Origin: Carcharhinus longimanus
Lineage: Eukaryota
Direction: 5' to 3'
Assembly (NCBI GenBank): GCA_030264375.1
Contig: JASCQW010000162.1
Span: 61,002,335-61,066,334 of the forward strand
DNA: 64,000 bases
The position numbers were made by a program, and so were the translations under genes. Numbering within the stretch: position 1 is the stretch's first letter; each line of letters opens with the position of its first letter. Shown piece after piece: positions 58,701 to 64,000 of this stretch. The notes under the pieces are model-generated. The model made no database searches. It saw nothing but the letters and a program-made list of their open reading frames with translations, and was not told the DNA's origin.

Positions 58701-61700
58701 TCTGTGGGGTAGTGCCCCTCACTCTGGGGTCTGACCATGGGGTAGTGCCCCTCACTCTGGTGTCTGACTCTGTGGGGTAGTGCCTCTCACTCTGGGGTCT
58801 GGCCATGGGGTAGTGTCCATCACTCTGGCGTCTGACTCTGTGGGGTAGTGCCCCTCATTCTGGGGTCTGACCATGGGGTAGTGTCCATCACTCTTGTGTC
58901 TGACTCTGTGGGGTAGTGCCCCTCACTCTGGGGTCTGACCATGGGGTAGTGCCCCTCACTCTGGTGCCCCTCATTCTGGGGTCTGACCATGGGGTAGTGT
59001 CCATCACTCTGGGGTCTGACTCTGTGGGGTAGTGCCCCTCACTCTGGGGTCTGAGTCTGTGGGGTAGTGCCCCTCACTCTGGGGTCTGAGTCTGTGGGGT
59101 AGTGTCCCTCACTCTGGGGTCTGACTCTGTGGGGTAGTGCCCCTCACTCTGGGATCTGACTCTGTGGGGTAGTGCCCCTCACTCTGGGATCTGACTCTGT
59201 GGGGTAGTGCCCCTCACTCTGGGGTCTGACTCTGTGGGGTATGTCCCTTATTTGGAGGTCTCACTCTGACACTCTATATATTTTCATTGGCAGAACAATC
59301 AGTAACCAGAGATCTAATGCAATTGACAGAAAAACCAGAGATGTTGTCTAGGAGGTTTGTCTACTCTGAGCTGTTGTGACCTAGAGTAAGTGGCTGGAAG
59401 CAGATTCAACAGTAACTTTGAAAAACAGATTGGATACTTACTTGAAAAGAAAATATTTGTCAAATTATGGGGAACGAGTAGATGAGTGGAACAAATTGGA
59501 TAGCTTTTATGAAGCGCTAGCACACGCAGGATGGAATGTAGACTCCTGCCTTGTTGTACAATTCGATGACCAATTGAATCTTGCTCTTTGAAAGTGTCAG
59601 CTCATGATTGCATACAGGTTCCACTTGTAGCCTCCTGGTAACTGACTTAAGTGGCTAATCTAGCAAGCTTAGGCAATGAATGTCCAGTGTTCGTTTTGCT
59701 GTAGTTAACTCCATAGCTTGAACCAATTCTGTCCTCCCGCAAAGTCCCCACACGTGCACTTTCCACAAGACGTCAGTGGTGAAGCTTCTGGCTGATTTTT
59801 TTTTAATATCTCAAATTTTTTTGTGTCTATAATGCTGGTGTTTAAATTGATTGAAGGTGTGTGGACTTGGCTTTTGTAGTTTACATCTTTGGGTTGAGAA
59901 GGGCTGGTTGAGTGGGCCTGAGGGAAGTTATGAATTGCTGTTATGGGATTCATGGGCATTATGTAAAGTCGGTATAACCAATATTCTGCTTCTCTCTGTA
60001 GATGGCGTGCTGCTGGTAGATACTGGTTTCTTAAAGGAGCAAAAGGGTGAGTTCTGTCCCATCAGCAGTATGAGAAGGGCCCTGTCCGCTTGTGAAGTGA
60101 ACCACAGTCATCATGTCTTCACACCACTGATTAAGTTTTTACAGAAAAAAAGGCCAAATAAAATTTAGCCCCAAAATACTCAGCATACTTTTGAAAGTGG
60201 ATTTGGGTCAGAGTTACTCTCCAACACAGTAGAATGAAACCTGGAAGTGACAGCTTCTGATATCTGATGTTAGAGACAAATATTTTACTTACCAGTCACC
60301 TACTTACTCTCCTTTGTCTTGGGTTTAATGGAGATGTTGATCATTTAAAAAATTCATTTTATACTTACTAATTCCCAAGATGTCAGAAAGGCTGCGATTT
60401 ATTACCCGTTGTCACTTGCCTTGAGAATGTGGCACAGATGCTGGAACTTCTTAAGTGAGTGCTGCACTAATAGAAGTGCCATATTTTAGTTAAGATAATA
60501 ATCACAGAACCCTACAGTGCAGAAAGAGGCCATTCGGCCCATTGAGTCTGCACCACCCACAATCTCACCCAGGCCCCACCCCCACATCCCTACACACATT
60601 TACCCACTAATCCCTCTAACCTACGCATCCCAGGACGCTAAGGGACAATCTTAGCATGGCCAATCAACCTAACCCACACATCTTTGGACTGTGGGAGGAA
60701 ATCGGAGCACCCGGAGGAAACCCACACAGACATGAGAATGTGTAAACTCCACACAGTCAGTGACCCGAGCCGGGAATCGAACGCAGGTCCCTGGAGCTGT
60801 GAAGCAGCAGTGCTAACCACTGTGTTACCATGCCGCCCCAAGACCCCATCTGTCCAGAAAAATGGATATTAAGGATCCTATAAAACTTCCTCCCTGGTGT
60901 TTTGGCCAACATTTGTTCTTCAATCAAACATCACTAAAACAGATTATGTGTCCTGGGATGCTGTTAGTGGGACACAGTTCAATTTTCGGGCCTGAATTTT
61001 GACTTTTGTTTAACATTCCTTTAATTTCACTTCAGAATTCGCAAACAGATTTCAATGAATAGCACATTTGTAAATGGACTTGGCATTACACCTTTATTTT
61101 GGGTTAAGAAGGACTGGTTGTGTGGGCCTGAGGGAAATTTTAAATTGCCATTATGGGATGCAAGGGCATCACGTAAAGTCACCATTCAGAAATAGTCCTC
61201 ATTTGTATGCAGATTGCCCCACTTTTAGAACACTGTGATTTCAGGCATGAGATGCTGATGAGGAGAACGTGCAAGTAGGTAGAATATTTTGTCAGGTCTC
61301 CAAGGATAGCCATTTTGGAGCTGCTTGAAGATATTTTGTCGGCACAAACTGACCTCACTTGCTTCCTGAAGATCCCACTGACCTGCTGTGTATTTCCCCA
61401 CTATCACTTCTTTCTTCAATTCTTCCTATCTGTCTAATCTTATGCTCTTGATCTATCCTCAGTTTATTGCAGATTGAACTGTATTTTCCACTATGGATCA
61501 GAGGACATAGAGATGATTGGGCAGGCATTTAAAAGAGACCTATATGTCTCCACAATCCAGGTGTACCCTCCAACAGGCGAACAGGCAAAACCCCTGACCA
61601 AGGCACAGGAGCGTCTGATGAAGAAGATTGGAGACAAAGCTTTGCCCTTCTGCTTTGAGGTGTGTTCTGCAATCTGCATTAGCAACAGAAAAAACTGGTT

Positions 61701-62242
61701 GAGCAGATTTCAGCTGGTGGGTTGGGAAGAGTTGGTTGAGCAGAGGGTTTGATATCATGGCCATTCCTACCAAAATGAGCTCCAAGCCTTTCCAATAGAC
61801 CAGAATATCATCTGGATTCCTATTCATCACTGCAGTCACATCACCAAGTTAATAAAACTTCCCAAATATGGGGGCAGGATTCGAGCATCAGGCAGAGTCA
61901 GGTTTTATGGAAATTCCCATGTGATTGAATGAAATGGAGTGCTTGGCACACAAAGTTGATCAAGTATCTGTAAGGCAGCTTCAGCCATGGAAGCGACATG
62001 ATCATTTCCTGCAAGGTCAAAGGAGCTTGACTAGAAAAGTCACTGTGTGAAGAAGGGCTGGGGTGACGCAACAAAATAAGGGAGCAGCTAATGAAGAGGA
62101 ATGCAAACTAAGTGAGGTTACTACTCTAAGTGTTAGATTATCTGTTAGCCACAATTAACATTTATGTCTTTCCCTTTAACAGTTCCCAAACCATCTTCCC
62201 TGTTCTGTATGTCTTCAGCCTGCTGCCAACGACCCAGAAAAG
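52700..62242 (+). CDS. SAG: S-arrestin (rod arrestin-1), 5' part: five coding exons, gene continues beyond the window
   Basis: Exons 52700-52753, 58255-58315, 60002-60046, 61463-61659 and 62183-62242 splice in frame to an arrestin N-domain. Exon sizes 61/45/197/60 fit the arrestin gene pattern, and the position after ATG16L1 matches SAG synteny. Confidence 0.92.
54620..55578 (+). mobile_element. Rex1/Babar-clade LINE 3' fragment
   Basis: [10 protein letters not shown]...[21 protein letters not shown] (ORF 54763-55089); tail AAATCAAATCAAA. Confidence 0.9.
55770..56400 (+). mobile_element. Deu-domain SINE split by a CR1 3' fragment (about 55887-56337)
   Basis: Deu sequence ...GTGACACCATTTCT | CR1 (RMLPGLE...YEERLD...[13 protein letters not shown]) | AAGAACAGGGAAGTTCTACCCTGG resumes the Deu consensus. 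Confidence 0.75.
56530..56770 (+). mobile_element. HE1/V-type SINE
   Basis: CACTGCTGCCTCACAGCATCAGGGACCTGGGTTCAATTCC; tail GACACTAATAAATAAAT. Confidence 0.8.
57089..57712 (+). mobile_element. Rex1/Babar-clade LINE 3' fragment
   Basis: [12 protein letters not shown]...; same 3'UTR as the copies at 12781, 47262 and 54620. Confidence 0.88.
57725..58060. repeat. AT-rich minisatellite with a unit of about 40 nt (TTTTAAACTCTACACTGTCCCTATCTC...CCAGTT)
   Basis: About 8 imperfect copies; related units also at 54530-54610. Confidence 0.8.
58255..58315 (+). CDS. SAG: SAG coding exon 2 ([20 protein letters not shown])
   Basis: Acceptor tttatAG, donor G|GTAAGT, 61 nt; YLxKRDFVDH motif. Confidence 0.93.
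58501..59250. repeat. High-identity 33-36-nt minisatellite (GGGGTAGTGCCCCTCACTCTGGGGTCTGACTCTGT), about 21 copies, in a SAG intron
   Basis: Read directly; alternating CCATGG and CTCTGTGG unit variants. Confidence 0.97.
60002..60046 (+). CDS. SAG: SAG coding exon 3 ([15 protein letters not shown])
   Basis: Acceptor ctctgtAG, donor G|GTGAGT, 45 nt. Confidence 0.93.
60500..60838 (-). mobile_element. Young full-length HE1/V-type SINE nested in a Deu-SINE remnant (60445-60970)
   Basis: Reverse head ...AGCAGTGCTAACCACTGTGTTACCATGCCGCCCC; V-domain; tail CCTACAGTGCAGAAAGAGGCCATTCGGCCC. Confidence 0.9.
61463..61659 (+). CDS. SAG: SAG coding exon 4 ([37 protein letters not shown]...[13 protein letters not shown])
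   Basis: Acceptor cctcAG, donor GAG|GTGTGT, 197 nt; finger-loop and QVYPP motifs. Confidence 0.95.
62183..62242 (+). CDS. SAG: SAG coding exon 5 ([20 protein letters not shown])
   Basis: Acceptor tttaacAG, donor AAG|GTAAGA, 60 nt; LPCSVxLQP motif. Confidence 0.95.
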
Positions 62243-64000
62243 GTAAGATCTGAAAGTTCTACAAAATGAGTATAGGGGACACTGTGAGCAAAAAGGAAGC
62301 AGTTGGAAGTCACGTTGGAACCAATGAAATGGGCAGACTTTCAGGAGTTAGGAAGAAGATATTAAAAAAGACTTCAAACGATTACTCCAATGCCACATGC
62401 TCATCTGTATAGAAACAAGAGGGCAAGTGTATGTAATTGCATAGGTGGAGAAGGGTTGCAGATCAGGGAAGAGATAATTCGGGGAGAAACAAGGCATATC
62501 CCTTTAAAGGGAAAATAACGAATGTCCAAAGCTAATGTTCCGTGGATGGCAAAGGAAAAAAAATCAAATACAAAAGCTAAAGGAAGTGCATGACAAATAT
62601 CAGGAGCAGGATTCAGTTAATGACCAGGGAGATTATGGAAAGTACAGGAGGGAACTGACAATGCTAATGTGTGAGGCAAAGAGAGGTTATGAGAACAAAT
62701 TAGCAGCTAACATTAAAGTGAACACAAAAGATCTTAAAAACATATGAGGCAGTATTTTCCAGGCCCACTGGCAACAGGTAGCCCGCAGGAGGTCAAAAAT
62801 CAGTTTCTGGATGATTGGATGAACCTTAGCAATTATATTCTCAGCGTTTTAAAGGTGATTTGAATTTCTTGGCAAACAATGGTAGGAGGCTCTCATGTAT
62901 TAGCTCAAAACATATGCTCATTAAAAGGCCATTTCACCAGAATTAGGTTCCCTACCAGCAAGAAATTAGAAAATTTACATTCCCAACTGCTTGTAACTGA
63001 TGTGTACCTGGCGAGTTAGATTTCTATAGTTAATGGTGAGCTGCCACTACATTATCCTCTTTGGGGAGTGTCTATAAGTGCCAGAGTATTTTTGAGACTG
63101 GGTGGTGGCATTGCAAGTTGCATGGAGGATGGACCAAGAAAGGGAGGAAGGTTTAGAAGGGTAGGGTAGAGTACTGCCTGGACAAAGTTGAAAGGGAAAG
63201 TGCAGTTTTTCCGGATGTCCTTCAAATGTGGAGCGTGGACATTCGATCCTCATGCGGTTAAAAATGGGGATGGTGAAGTCCTGCCTGCCCCTGATGCAAG
63301 AATCAATGAGCTCTGGGCTATTTGCAGATGCATATGCAATAAGCTGAACAGCCATTCTGTCCCACAAAAGAAATCACACACACTTTCACAGCCACCATCA
63401 AAATTAGACTCCAGAATGAGATTCCAGCCACAAAATACAGCAGTTCTGTAATAGATCAAAGGCAACTCAATTTGGGTTGAATTAACAAAGACTTTATTGC
63501 CATCAATAAATAATTATACATACAAAAGATCAGACTCCTCATCCTCCTTCCTAATTGGCTCTGCTTCCTGCTTTGACAATTCATTGGCTCTGGCCTGATC
63601 ACATGGCCCTTAGGTAATGCCCTGTTAAAGGATTACACTACCATACACCTTCCCTCTTATCTCCAGAATTTCCCTATAGAAGAACAAAGAAAAGGATTAG
63701 TAAGGTAAGTTTTTTTTTCATAAAAAGGCAACAGGAATATCCCATGGAAAAATGCATCATAAGTTTAGTCCATCCAGAAACTCCTGGGCTCTGCCTCAGT
63801 TCTGTGGTAGGCTGTTTGTAATTTGAAAGATCAGACCAGACAGAGGCAAATGACAGACCCATCAACCCAAGGTCTATTTGCTCTTCAGTAGCTGCTGGCT
63901 TCTTACTTACCAAGAGCATTGGTTGCTCTGGTCCCATATTCTCAACCGAAATCCCAGTAATGTAGCCTGATACCTACAAAATTACAGCACCAGTGGCCTC

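Noticed and set aside
58501-59250. CRISPR-like array
   Set aside because: Head-to-tail units with no unique spacers, in a eukaryotic intron with no cas genes; it is a VNTR.
63188-63451. ORF containing KCGAWTFD as the next SAG exon (expected xCGVDFEV)
   Set aside because: No convincing acceptor or arrestin similarity; the next exon probably lies beyond 64000.

Overview
Vertebrate genomic DNA, very probably a shark or other elasmobranch, judged from HE1/V-type SINEs, Deu-domain SINEs and CR1, Rex-Babar and Penelope relics. It is a draft assembly with eight 100-N gaps. The window holds a complete 18-exon ATG16L1 gene on the + strand (CDS 759-36024, 1800 nt, 599 aa, all GT-AG junctions in frame, probable poly(A) signal at 40113). 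Two composite box C/D-H/ACA scaRNAs sit in its introns: SCARNA5/U87-like at 22870-23124 and SCARNA6/U88-like at 25114-25382. Downstream, also on +, lie the first five coding exons of rod arrestin SAG (52700-62242), which continues past the window; this matches the ATG16L1-SAG order known from mammals. Most ORFs in the supplied track are TE fragments or noise. The most unusual unexplained signal is a ~200-nt element about 530 nt upstream of the ATG16L1 start. It has a U2 snRNA-derived 5' head, two hairpins with identical basal frames but unrelated upper stems, and a (TTGAW)n tail, making it a candidate U2-headed SINE or structured ncRNA. Other points of interest are the scaRNA intron positions and an orphan guide, loss of the T300/caspase-3 DxxD motif, a splice donor inside a (GT)17 tract, a CR1/V-domain chimera, a divergent arrestin motif, and several minisatellites and nested insertions. 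TE family names and boundaries are from pattern recognition and are approximate.
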